A DNA stretch of 63,810 bases, the filler included, from Reticulomyxa filosa (Eukaryota; Protista; Foraminifera): assembly GCA_000512085.1 (NCBI GenBank). It is 20 parts of 20 records of this genome, joined end to end, with 100 filler letters (N's around TTAATTAATTAA, not from the genome) between each part and the next. Parts side by side here need not be neighbours in the genome. Positions count along the whole stretch, not along the records: positions 48,055 to 50,902 come from ASPP01001086.1; positions 51,003 to 55,421 come from ASPP01002431.1; positions 55,522 to 57,184 come from ASPP01034295.1; positions 57,285 to 62,526 come from ASPP01007227.1; 16 more parts are not named here. One strand, written 5' to 3'. Below the pieces are notes generated by a model that was not told the origin of the DNA, ran no database searches, and saw nothing but the letters and a program-made list of their open reading frames with translations. The position numbers and the translations under genes are program-made. Shown in pieces: positions 49,828 through 62,626 of this stretch (within the stretch, counting starts at the first letter, position 1; every line of letters begins with the position of its first letter).

Positions 49828-50902
49828 ATGCAAACAGAAACGACGAAAGAAGATCTAAAAAGTGAAACGATTCCAATTTCTTTTGACCAACAGTGTTTCG
49901 ATAAAAACTGGATTTTACAAACCAATCAATCTGGAGGAATCAATCATGCTATTTGCTTGATTTGCAAACAAGTTGCTAACAATGCTTTGGAATCTCATTG
50001 CCCTCAACATGAAGATATGAAAGAAGCATTAGTTGTAGGGGAATATTGTTTACAACAATATCTCAAATCAAACTCCAATTCGTGTCCTGTTCAATCACAC
50101 AAAAATCCCATCTTTTTAAAAAGTAGAGTGGCACAGCAACATATTAGTGATTTGATTGTAGTGTGTCCATTACAGTATGGAAATGATCAAAGAGGTGAAA
50201 TAACTGAAAGAAGTAAAATCTGTAATTTCAAAGGAAAAATGAAAGAATTATTGGATCATTTGCACAAATCATGTCCTTTGAAATTACTTGATTGTTGGTT
50301 TAAACCATTTGGATGTAATCATGTTTGTTTTAAACAGGAATTAAATGAACATTTGATATCTAATATTGAATATCATTTTCAATTGGTTATTAAATTTATA
50401 CAAACAATTATAGAGAAATTATTCAAGTCTCAAAAAGATTTTCAATTATCCAATTTTCCAATGGTTTTTTTTTTTATTTACATATTTTTTCCTTTTGTTT
50501 TATTCTATATGTGTCTTGTTTTAATAGCAAATGATCATTTCTGAAATTGATAAGTTAAAGAAGAACACTCAAAGTAAAGATAATGAAGTTCAAATACCTC
50601 AAAAAGGTTTGAAACAAGAATTGATTAAAAATCACGAGGAAATAGAAGTTATGAAAAAATTAATTAAATTATTAGAAGAAAAGAATACTATTGCCACACA
50701 AGAGTTGATAAATCAGGAAAACAAAGAAGAAAAAGAAAATGATAATGTATATTTTTCTCCATTCAGACAATTTTCTACTATCTCTTTCGATTCATTCCAA
50801 TCTTCCAAATTAATCAATACTTTCACTGGACATACTGATATTGTAAGGAGTATTGATTACGCGTCATTGAATGGTGAACAATATCTTTGTTCTGGATCAG
50901 TT
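49828..50902 (+). CDS. RING/TRAF zinc-finger, coiled-coil and WD40 protein (3'-truncated)
   Basis: [12 protein letters not shown] and CNFKG..HL..SCP..CWFKPFGC, then FTGHTDIVRSID...LCSGS. Confidence 0.85.
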
Positions 50903-51968
50903 NNNNNNNNNNNNNNNNNNNNNNNNNNNNNNNNNNNNNNNNNNNNTTAATTAATTAANNNNNNNNNNNNNNNNNNNNNNNNNNNNNNNNNNNNNNNNNN
51001 NNTTTTTTTTTTTTTTTTTTTTTTTTTTTGTAAAAAAAAAAAAAATGTGCAATGCGAGCAAAGAGAGAGTATTAAAAAAAACCTCCAACAACAAAAATAA
51101 GAGATATAAAGGCCGTGTTCAAACACAACTTACTTTTTTTTGTTGTTTGGTTGTTGAATGTGCTGATTTTTTATTTTTAATTTTTTTTATTTTTTATTTT
51201 TTTTGCTTTTTTTTTTTTGGTTGTGCCTTTGCATCAGCGTCAGGCTACAGATTTGCTTGTAAGACCTCCAATAGGAAAGAAAATATGGGACCAAAATAAA
51301 CGGAGTGTGAATAGTCTACAATGCAATCGCATTCTGACCTTTGTCAAGAGAAGATTTGTATGTGTGTTTGTCTCTTGAAACTGTGTCCATCCATGTGGTT
51401 GTAAAAGATTATTTCCCCTATTATCCCCTCCCTTCTCCTCCCCTTCCTCTTTTCCTTTCTCCCTGTCCTTGTAGGCAAGATTTAGTTAGCTTCAAGTAAA
51501 ATAGAAAGTCTATATTTATTACATACACAATTGCTTGGACATAAAAACTATAATAAAAATGCTTGCATAAAGCAATAGAAAAAGACTTGTCTGCTTTGCC
51601 TCTTGTCTGATTCATTACACATGGTTAGGTTTTTGCGCGTGTGATGATCATTTGGACAACACTTGACAATGTCAAAAAATTTTGTGTTTTTTCTTTTTTT
51701 TTTTTTTGAAAGAACATACAATGTTTTTGTTAGTGAGAATCGCCAAAATGCTTTTAGGGAAGCATTAAAAACGCAATTTGCACAAAATAACACTTGTTGG
51801 TGGTGGTTGTGCACATCAGGAAATGTCAAAATTAGGGCTTTTGAAATGAAAAAAATTTATTTGTATGTATTTTGTCTTATTTGGTTTTTTTGTGGTATTT
51901 ATTTGTACCTTATTTTGTATTTTTGTGTATGTATGTAATGTGTATTGTGCATTTTCTGTGAAATGGAG

Positions 51969-52944
51969 ATTTGCGTTCATTGAGTTTCGTAGTGCTGAAG
52001 AAGCAACGCAGGCAATGGATTTGGATGGCATTCAGTTCTATGGAGAATCGCTGAAAATTGGACGTCCGGCAAACTACAACCCATCATTGGTGCCAGATGA
52101 ATTGAAACCCAAAAATGTAGCAAAATTGAATACGGCACGCTTGGGAATTGTTAGCAATCATGTGCCAAATGGCCCGAACAAGTTATATTGTGGTGGAATT
52201 CCATATTCTTTGACAGAAGATCAAATACGCGAATTGTTACAAACTTATGGACCATTGAAGGCTCTTTTTTTGGCCAAAGATCCGCTCACTGGCTTTTCGA
52301 AAGGATACTGCTTTTTTCAATATGAAGACCCTAGTGTTACAGATGAGGCCATTGCTGGGCTGAACGGAATCAAAATTGGGGATAGACAATTGGCTGTGAG
52401 AAGACATACCCCAGCCGCTGGATCATCCATACAAAATGCAACTACGTACAATCCACTAAATCAAATGTTTGGAGATAATCCTTTGGAAGGGTTGCTCAGT
52501 GGAGCAAACAATCCATTTGGAACTACTTGGGGGGCAAGTGACACAAATGTTCCTGTGCATTTGGAAGCGTTAATGAATAATCAAAAAGGAAATGTTTCTC
52601 AACAAGGAGAAATCGATCCCAATGCAACCAATATATTATGTTTGTTGGAAATGGTCAGTGAAGAAAGCTTAATTGATGACGCTGAATTTGGAGATTTGTA
52701 TGATGATGTAAAAGAAGAATGTAGCAAATATGGCGATGTTTTAAGCATGGAAATTCCTAGACCGACAAAAAAGAGTGATGGAACACTAGAAAGATCTTCA
52801 GGAGTTGGAAAGATATTTGTGGAATATCGTACTATATCAGAAGCAACACAAGCAAAAAACAAATTGGAGGGAAGAACATTTGATGACAGGACTGTCATGG
52901 CTACCTATTATCCTGTTGCACAATACAACGCAAAAAAATTTTGA
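51969..52944 (+). CDS. U2AF2: Splicing factor U2AF large subunit, last exon (end of RRM1, RRM2, UHM)
   Basis: FAFIEFRSAEEATQAMDLDGI, NKLYCGGIP...GPLKAL.LAKD..TGFSKGYCF and EECSKYG.V.S.EIPRP...GVGKIFVEY. Confidence 0.93.
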
Positions 52945-53428
52945 ACTTTTATGTTTTTTTGCATCGGTTTCTGCCACAAGACCTCTCACAATGTTTCGAT
53001 GCGTATTGTTTTCACCTGTAGGTGAAAGGCTATCAACATTTTTATCAAAATTTATACTTTCTTTGGCAGTGTTGCCACAGGCAACTTGTTGTCCAACAAA
53101 AGTTATCAAAAAGAAGAGAGGGGTATTCAAAGTTTGTGTTAGGAAAAACACATTCGGGATCATTTTCAGCATTTCATTATTAAAGAAAAAACAGTTCGGC
53201 CTTGAGCGAAATAGAGTGATTTCCCAACATAATGACAATTATTTTGTTTACTCTCAGAATTGGCTTTTGCTTACATAGTTTCTGCAGGATCCTATTACTG
53301 TGGTTTTGAGGAAATGCTATAGCTCAGCTTCGTATTATAATTAACTTTAAATATAAAAAATCTGCTATTCAAAAGTTTTTCCTTTTGATTAAAATAATCA
53401 ACGGATTACTCATGAAGCAATCTGGAGA

Positions 53429-54219
53429 TCAATCAGATTTGTGATGTTCAAAACAAGCCAACATAAAAATTGTGAAAGCACTTCCGACAGTAAATCCCGC
53501 AAAAAGTCCCAAAAGACAAGGTAATGGAAATTCTTGATAAGGTTTATACCAATCTAATGCTAAGATATAACTACCAAGAAGGCATCCAATAAATCCTCCT
53601 ATAATTGGAAATCGAATTATTTTGTCTATGTCATTCAAAAATGTCAATGATAAATACATGGAATTTTGAAAATAAAGTTTCCATTTTTGGTTGTCAATGG
53701 CATCGAGCAATTGAAACAAAAAAATATAAGGCAAGATCAAGACGTTTGTGAACACAACACTCAAGAGAATTATTCCTTTCCAATATCTTTTGAGATCTGC
53801 GCCCATGCAATACCATGTAAATGACAAAAATAGCATCCACCAGCATCCCAAACTTAAAGACCGTTTTACTATGACACAAATGATTTACAGTTAGACAAAT
53901 AAATAAACAAATGTTTATGTTAACTTGTGTCACTTGTCCGCTCTGCTGCTTTCAATAAGAGTCCCAAATGCAGAAAATAGGAGAAAGGAATAAAAATGAC
54001 AAAGACAGCAACAGTATCATCGATTGTTATGTATTCCAACATCGTCTCAAAACGTGAGGTATTGTCTATCTCACAAACACCCTTCTAAACAAGGAGAGAA
54101 GTCAAGCAAAGCTTTATAGCAAACACAATACCTTGCCATTTTCTTATACAACAAGGAAGAAATAGACACATTGCAAGACCCATTTCATGACATAAAAGCC
54201 AAAGCATAGACTTATTCAT
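53429..54219 (-). CDS. PIGF: GPI-anchor biosynthesis protein PIG-F/GPI11 (multi-exon)
   Basis: Hydrophobic protein ending in GGFIGCLLGSYILALDWYKPYQEFPLPCLLG, which matches the PIG-F LDWxxxxQxxP motif. Confidence 0.75.
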
Positions 54220-54546
54220 AATTTAGGATTTTTTAAAAGACCTTTTGCAAGTTCAATCTTTCGATTTGATTCCAAAGCAAGTAAGAAAATGACATCGAAG
54301 TTGCTTTTGCAAGTAAATTTTTTGGTTGAAGCAACAAAAAAAGTTTACAACCACTAACAAAGAAAATAGCGACCCATTTCTTTCAAATTTTCACAACCCA
54401 CCCACAAATTCATATAATTTTTTTAAGCTGTGTCCCAAACACCTTTGGAAAAAAAATCACAACCTTGTGCAGCAGACACAAAAATCAAACACATAGTAAA
54501 CAAAACAAGCAAACAAAAAAAAAGTTCAAAAGAATACAGAAGTTAT

Positions 54547-55374
54547 TTATGGCAAATCACCAGTAATCTTGTTGGTGGTATCATCTCTTCTCGCCGTGTT
54601 GGGGAAGGAATGGTTGACGTTTCCATTTTCGGCATGATTATGTTGATCAGGAGGAGCAGGAGAAGGTGTAGCACTGCTGCGTCTGCTTTGTTTCATATTT
54701 TGCAATTGTTGTTGCAAATCTGCGACTTGTTTTCCCAGCACGGAGTTTGCCATTTCCAAATTTACAATTGCCTAAGAAGCAAGCAAGCAACATAGACTCT
54801 ACTGCAAGATAATATATTACATACATATATACATATACATATGTATATGTATATATAAGCTAAACGTCTTGCTTTTTTGCAACATCAGTAGCCAAGGATT
54901 TGGACAATGTCTCCATTTGTTTTCTTTGCCTAATTGTGACTTGGGTTGTAAAGTGGGCTGAGACAGACCAGCTTGAGTTTGCAGCTGTCGATTTGCAGTG
55001 GAGGCATTTTTGAAGAAGCTGGCATTCAGATCCGCGGTGAACAGAGGAGGAGATACGCCTCGGTTGATGTTAAAGTTGGACGAGGAAATTGAAGGGTTGG
55101 AGCTGTTCCACGAGCTGGATTGTTGTTTCTTGATGTCTGCCGCAGCAGAAGTCGTCAACGTCGTGTTTGCGCCTTGCGTCGTTGTTGTTGTTGACACATT
55201 GTTCGCGTTGTTGTTGCCCTTGCGATTCTTCAGCTTGCCCATCGCCGTCTGTCGGCCCGCTTGCGCATTGCCGCCGGTTACGTCATCGATCAGCTTCTCA
55301 TCGTCCATTGTGGTAGTGCTGATGTCATCCACAGCACGCAATGCTTCCAACAGCGACTGTTCCTTTCGGGCCAA
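54547..55374 (-). CDS. Hypothetical low-complexity/coiled-coil protein, C-terminal exons
   Basis: Two coding-like exons separated by an intron with TA/TG repeats. Confidence 0.55.
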
Positions 55375-55521
55375 CTATTTCATTTTTCCAATTCATTTTC
55401 CGCAAATACAAAAAAAAAAAANNNNNNNNNNNNNNNNNNNNNNNNNNNNNNNNNNNNNNNNNNNNTTAATTAATTAANNNNNNNNNNNNNNNNNNNNNNN
55501 NNNNNNNNNNNNNNNNNNNNN

Positions 55522-57184
55522 TAGTTCCATTCAATACAACTCTTCCAAGTCGATCTGATAAGAAGATATCAATCCACCAATATAATCTTCCATCCAGTCC
55601 ATTTCTCCAAACACTATCACTGGATTGTCTCAGTCAATCTCAATAACAACTCGTCGGTATTGTGCCAAGACTTGCTTGTGTTTGATGCAATAATTGCTTT
55701 TCATTCAACCACCACATTAATCTCCTTGTGATGACTCTTTCCATTAATTTACCAACATTTGATAACAATGCAATTGGTCGATGATTCTTGCACTGACCAT
55801 ACAATATGCATATAACCCATTCAGAAACTCCATCCAAATAAGAATACCAATGAGATTATGTATGTTATCAGGGCCTTGAGCTTTGTATGGAGACAAATGT
55901 CTCAATGCCTCAATAACTTCTTCCTTTGTAATATCACTTTGAATATCAAAGGACCAAATACAACTTGCATCCAATGGCTTAGATATCGCCACTTTAGATC
56001 TGATATCTTCCACCATTTTATAGTGCTTCTCATCCATATCTTTAGGAGGCTGGGGTTGCTCTTTGCCAATAGATATGCTTTATCTAAATCTGATCTTGCC
56101 ACTGAATTCGTTTCCTTGGGAATAATACAAATCTTATTGGTGTTCAATGCTTTAAACTGTGCCTTGTGTTGCCTTCATGAAGCGAACTGATACTGTTTAC
56201 CATATGTTGATGCCTTTCTAATTGCGATCTCATTCGTAATTGCTTGGCAGCTTTCTTATATAACATCAAATTCCTTGGTGTTCTTTATTTATGAAATCGG
56301 TTCTTTGATTTCTGAACTATCTTTCATAATTGATTTAGACTGTCGCTCCACCATGGCTTATTGCCTTTACATATCGTCTTGATACCAATTGTCGCTTCAT
56401 CAGCTTCAACAATACATTTGATGACTGCTTTATCCAATGTTTCTGTGTTATCCAATGCAATATGATCAATAGCTTGGATCCAATTGTCAATATTTCTTCT
56501 CAATCTCAATCTAAATTGTTCCCATTTGTTACTTCTCAGATTCCAAGTCTCAATCTTTTGTCGTTCAATTCGTGGTGAGGACCACATGGTTTTGATTGAG
56601 AGATGATCTGAGTGCACACCAAATTCGACATCATCTGTCCTCTAATTGCTAACAAATGAGAGAATAGATGAGAATATATGATGAACATATGTGATATCAA
56701 TACTTGATGTCGCATTATCTTTCATGAATGTATAACCAAATGGCATTGTATTTAAAATATGTAGTCCATTGGATACAATAAAATCAAGAATACAATCACC
56801 ACATCGTCAGTATTATGGTCCATGCAGGATGATGAGCATTCCAATCCTCCAATGATAATGTATTCAGTAATTTTCTGAGCAAACAGTAATTCTTGCTCGA
56901 ATGCTTGCATGTTTCGATAGAAACTGCAGAATAGTAACGGTTTCTTTTGATCAGGACAAGAGATTTCTACCCAACATGATTCATAACCGAATATTATTGA
57001 ATAATTGTGGTATTAAGTGTAACTCTCTTCGACATAACACTCCAGATCTTCCTGTCTCACTCCAGTGATGGAAATTATAATCGATATCCTTCTTGCAATA
57101 AACAGATATGGGGCTGCTTATGATGCAAATTCTGTTCTAGTATTTGCGCATTGGAATAGAATCCGTTGATATTATTCTGGAATA
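55522..57184 (-). mobile_element. Degenerate non-LTR retrotransposon (LINE): APE endonuclease and start of RT
   Basis: G.WNAHHP.W, SIDIT and HSDH (endonuclease); KPWWS, KAQGPDNI, HRPIALLSNVGKLMERVI (RT). Many stops and frameshifts. Confidence 0.92.
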
Positions 57185-57284
57185 NNNNNNNNNNNNNNNN
57201 NNNNNNNNNNNNNNNNNNNNNNNNNNNNTTAATTAATTAANNNNNNNNNNNNNNNNNNNNNNNNNNNNNNNNNNNNNNNNNNNN

Positions 57285-57315
<31 letters not shown>

Positions 57316-57318
<3 letters not shown>

Positions 57319-60300
57319 GACGTCTGCCAATCAAAATCTTTGGACGAAAAATTTGGAAAAAGTATATCTCATTTGGCTGCAACATGAAAATGGATTCCTG
57401 GAAACAGTCAACCGAATTCTTGAATATGAATTGGATTGGGAAGTGTTTGAAAAAACGTCCGAAATGTCCTTTGAACACACGATAGCAAAGAGATTGAAAC
57501 ACAATTTGACCATTTCCCAAAAATTACAGCTCATAACGACGAAAGAAATTCCACTTACTTCCCGTTTTGTTTTACAACTCTTTCTCTGTCTTTATGCGTT
57601 TTTTTTTTTCCGAATATTGGTCCGATGTTTTGTGTGTTGTATGTTTCAACGTCGACAGTGAAAGGAAAGGTGATATCAACCATTTCTCAAAAGTGGCCAA
57701 GCCAATTTTGTGAATCCAAAGTGGAGCCATTGCATCCACAGGAAAAATCAGAGTCAATGATCGCATTGCGCACCTTAATCGATCGAAAAGAGTTGGATTT
57801 GGCGGGAGCATTGGCCGACTCTTTGTTCGATGGTTTTTATCCTTTTCATACCAATGCCATGTCGGAGGCTGTTCATTTTTTAACGACTCTCGAAGGAGTC
57901 AAAATTTTGGAGTTATTATTTTCTTTTCTCGTTTATGAAAAAACAAACAAACAAACAAATAAACAGTAATACAACTTGTTTGTATCTCGAACTCGCCACA
58001 CATACAAATAGCTTCCTCTGTGAAATCATACCGACAAACAAGACAAAGCGATTGTCCGTGAAGATCTGCGAAGACTATTGCACCTGGTTCTTGCAGCTCG
58101 CGTACAACATCGTGGAACAAACGATTTGCATTGAGATCATGGAGACACTGTGTAGCAAAGAAAAATTTGAAAACTTTGAGATCTTGTCGCGATTCTTTGA
58201 TCGAATGAGAGCTCATTGTCCGCATCCGGAACAATTCACAAAGCCAAAGGAATTGAAACCATTGCTAAAGCCTTTCGAAGAAATACAACAGAAACGCAAA
58301 CTGCTTCGTCATTTCTTCAGCCATTGCGAAATCACCGAAAACTATTTGGGGAACGATTTGCGAGCGCTGTACCAATTGAATTTGGAAATCAATCATTGGA
58401 ATGGCATGAATCTTCGAGCAGTTTTGAACAAAAGTTGGGGCTTTCTCGATTCTGCGAAAAACGCATTGGAAGCATTTCAAAAGGCGTCGTCTTCGGATAT
58501 TTGGTTGTCCATGTGGAGATCATTAGTGGTGGAGCAGCAACAATTCTGGAACATGGTTCTATATATACACATATATATATATATATATATATGTATATGT
58601 ACATATAAATGTGCCATAATTTATTTTATTTTTTTTTTTATACAGAAAAATTTGCAACATTTGAACACGTTTATGCTGTGCGAATGGATTCGTGAAAACG
58701 CAACAGAATTGTTACAAACTCTGACCACAAATGTACTTGAGGGATATATACAAAAAGTCCTTGAATACGATATTGATGGGACACATATGGATGGATTGAA
58801 AGTGAAAGATTACGAAAAATTATTGGGTTTGTTATTTCCAAACAAAGATTACAGTAATCAAGATAAAGATATTACGGTTCGGTTGTGCAATTTAATTACA
58901 AAAAGAGTTATCAAATTGTCTTTTTTTAAAAAAATAAAAATAAATCACTTTCAATGTGCGAATGAGCGTAACACACACAAAAAAAAAAAAAAAAAAAGGA
59001 AAGAAAAGTTTGAAGAAATGAAGAAATTGAGTGAAAATCAGAAAAAATTCTTTATTCCAACCATTGTCGACTTACAAAAAAAGTAAAACAACAATGGTTA
59101 CGCGCAAAAAAAGAATTGGAAACACAAACAATCAAAGGATTGATGCTAAACACAGAATTTGCATTATTGAAACACAAGAGTGCAGACGAGATTAGAACAC
59201 AGATTCGGCTCATGTATGAACCTTATACTAGAGATCCCAAAAAACCAAAATTGGCAGACAATGACTTTGAAGCACTTCTGACAAGCGTTCCTTCTTGTAT
59301 GGAAGCAACAGACAGAGAACTTTCTAATTTCAACCAAGTTTTGACAGAGTTGAAATTGGAAGTTCCAATTGTTAAAAGCAGCGATGTGTCATTATCTGGA
59401 AAGGCGTTTCTCGAAAGCGTAAAACGTGAATTGAAACGTTGCGCAGAAATAAGCGAGGAAAAACAAGTCGAAATTTGCAAAGTCATCAAATGGGAAAACG
59501 TTCTTCGCGAATGTAATTTGTCTGAAGAGTGGTTGGAATGGGTTCAGTATGTAGCAATCAAAGTATTGTTTCAGCCAATTAAATTTGATCTGTTCTGCGA
59601 TTTATCCAAAATGGTCAAGTGTGTATTCGAGTGTTTCGATAACACGGAAGGATTGAAGTTACTCCGTGTTGCCACCACGTTTTTCATGGCGCTGTACAAA
59701 CAAAAATGCAAAAAAGATACAAATGACCAAGCGTGGGAAGATTATCAATGGGTTGAAAGTACGGGGTTATTAAAAACATTTGATGGTGAACCCATTGCCG
59801 CAATTGTCGCATTTTGGGAAAAGAATAAGTTCTATCTATTTTCTCTCCTATCAATGTTTCTAACATGTACGTATACATACGTGCATTGTACATACGTACA
59901 GAAATAAACTACCAACCATTAAACCGTTGGGAATTGAGTGGCTACGATTAGTTATAAGCAATTGCAAAGTGTTTAAAGAATGCAATGATATGTTTTCGGA
60001 CGATCAAACGTTTGATCAACATTTGCAAACATTCGCCGAAAACGACGCCGTGCAAAGCCAGCGCAGTTCGAGTTTTATGCAAGTGCGCAACACCGTAGTC
60101 AGTATCCTCAGTCAAGAATACAAAAATATGACAAATATGCAAGAAAGGATCCTTCACATTGCCCAAGATGAAATGGAAGCGGAAAAACTAAAAGCGTTCA
60201 ATGTAGTGTGTCTCAGTTGGGATGTCATTGTCAAAGATGTGATTGACCCTCAGGGTTGGATGCATCAAAAAGATAGAGAATTACTGAATCGTCTTCGAAC

Positions 60301-61835
60301 GGTGTGTGTGTGTGTGTGTGTGTCCATAAACAACAAATGAACTTGTTTATGCATCTCTTCAATGAACAAATACACATCATATGCTTACAAATTGATCGCT
60401 TCCCTTATTTTATTGAACTTTTCTGATACGCAAATAGATACACTTTCGTGAAGAAAGTTCGACACAACGACATGACTACGTAACGATCCAGTGCACGACA
60501 AACTGTGAAGAGCAGAAGGAGGGCAACAATTTAGAAAAAGCGTCTTCGGTATTGTCGAGCAACGAGTTTGAACAATTGATAGATCGATTGCTGTTGTTTA
60601 TGACAGCAGACTCGGGGTCAATTGAATCGGAAGGATTGAATTTGCAAAAAGGCATTGCGCAAATGACCACACAGGATGTCCACAATTTCATTTGTTCGCG
60701 TGAAAAGCAATTGACAGCTGCCGGAATGAAGGATTTGAAAGAGGTATCGCAACAAATATACAATTGGCCGATTAATGGTCAGAAATTGGTGACCTTGGGT
60801 TCCAACACTGTTACCACAGGCATAAAATGGTCCTTGAGTAGCGATTCCATGGAAGATCAAGCTTTGAAGCAAGAAATCACCAAAATTATTCAATTTGAGT
60901 TGCTGAAAGAAAAAGTTCACTAGAAAAAAAAATGATTTCATACTTTTCTCTTTCCCTTCCCTATTTTCGATCTCCTGATCTCCACACAACAAAACTACAC
61001 AGATTCGAAATGATTCAATTCCGAAATTTGAATTAGCCAAAAGTATTGGTGAAAAGCGATTACAATACTATACACTAGGAGGACGAGAGCATTTAAAACA
61101 AAATCGGCTCATTGATTTTACCGAGTCCAAACAGGAATTTGAACAGATCAATCTTCAATGGACAGAATATTTGAAAGAATGGCAACAAAAAATTGCTCAA
61201 GTGTCTTTTTACTTTATTTGAACTATATTGTGTACTTATATACACATATGTGTATGCGTATGAACATAAAAAAAAAAGTATCGAAAAACCTATCTCTATT
61301 TAGCATATTTCACTGTCAATGATATGCGAGATTTGTGCAGCCAAATAAAGAAATACCAAGCACTGGCAGAAAAGTTAAAAAAACAGAATTTGCTGGGAGC
61401 AATTGCGTCGAAAATCTCATTCATCAATGCAGATGTCATCACCGATGTGGAAACGGAGGTGACTTCGTCCGCAGTTTCGAGTTTTTATTTGTTTTTTTTG
61501 GAATCTATATTTACTTTAATCCTTTTTGCTTTGAAGAGGGAACTTAACACACACATACGCATATACAAAAAAAAAAAAAAAAAAAAAAGAATTGGGATTG
61601 GAGCACCGACAACGAATTGGAACGACTCGGTGAACTATTGCAAAAATTATTCGGAAGCTCTCGTCTAAGAGAAAATGAAGCAAGGTCACAAGAGATGACG
61701 AAAGTAATGATAGCTGGAAGGCCGCGCATTTATTATTGCAAAGACACCCAAGTGTTGTCTGCTGTCGTCAAACTGTTCTTGACGCAAGGCCAATCACCAA
61801 TTGCAAGTCGAGTTTCGTGCTTCATTTTATTGATC

Positions 61836-61868
<33 letters not shown>

Positions 61869-62500
61869 TGTATATGCATATATGCATGTACATAGATAAT
61901 GTATGGTCAAAAAAATACGATTTTTAAATAGAAATTTAAAAAACTTTATTTTGTTTGGTGGGAAAAAAGGTACTATTCTGTGACCATTTGACAACAGCCG
62001 AGCAAATTGAATGTTTCTTTCTTCGAGCGAGACAGACAGGGGACCCACCACAATTGTATTGCATTGTGCAGCCGGAACTGCTGGAACGAGCGATATATCA
62101 GATATTTGAAACAATGTTACCTCGTTATTACAAACAGTGTGTGTTAGCAATTATTACCAACAGCAAGACAGGCATTGCAGCAACATTTGCGGCGTTTCGA
62201 GACTCGGAGACACCTTTGTTGCATCAAAAAGAAAGCACGGAATTTTACAACAAAATATTTTGTTCAAATTTGAAGGATTTTAAGGATCGAAAAAATCAAG
62301 CACCACTCGTCACCGTATTCTTATCTCAAAATGAGTGTGTAGGCAAAACCTATCATCTCAATCAACAAGTCGATATTATTAAACCAAGTGAGGATCATTT
62401 TGTCCACGTTCCGATCAATTCTTCGGTTATCGATCGAGATTTTATCGTAGAGAAACTTACGAGTGCTCCTGCAACGAGTGATTTGACTGTTTTGTTTTAA
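57316..62500 (+). CDS. Large multi-exon RNF213/mysterin-like AAA+ protein fragment
   Basis: PIASRVLFCDHLTTAEQIECFFLRA, LYCIVQPELL and the Walker-A-like VFLSQNECVGKT match the order of motifs recalled for the start of the RNF213 AAA core. Confidence 0.6.
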
Positions 62501-62626
62501 CTCTATCTTTTTTTTTTTTTTTTTTTNNNNNNNNNNNNNNNNNNNNNNNNNNNNNNNNNNNNNNNNNNNNTTAATTAATTAANNNNNNNNNNNNNNNNNN
62601 NNNNNNNNNNNNNNNNNNNNNNNNNN

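Noticed and set aside
6893-62626. Regularly recurring TTAATTAATTAA palindrome as a biological repeat or CRISPR-like array
   Set aside because: It is always centred in identical N-padding, so it is a synthetic contig linker. ORFs ending in LIN or XXXN are artefacts of it.
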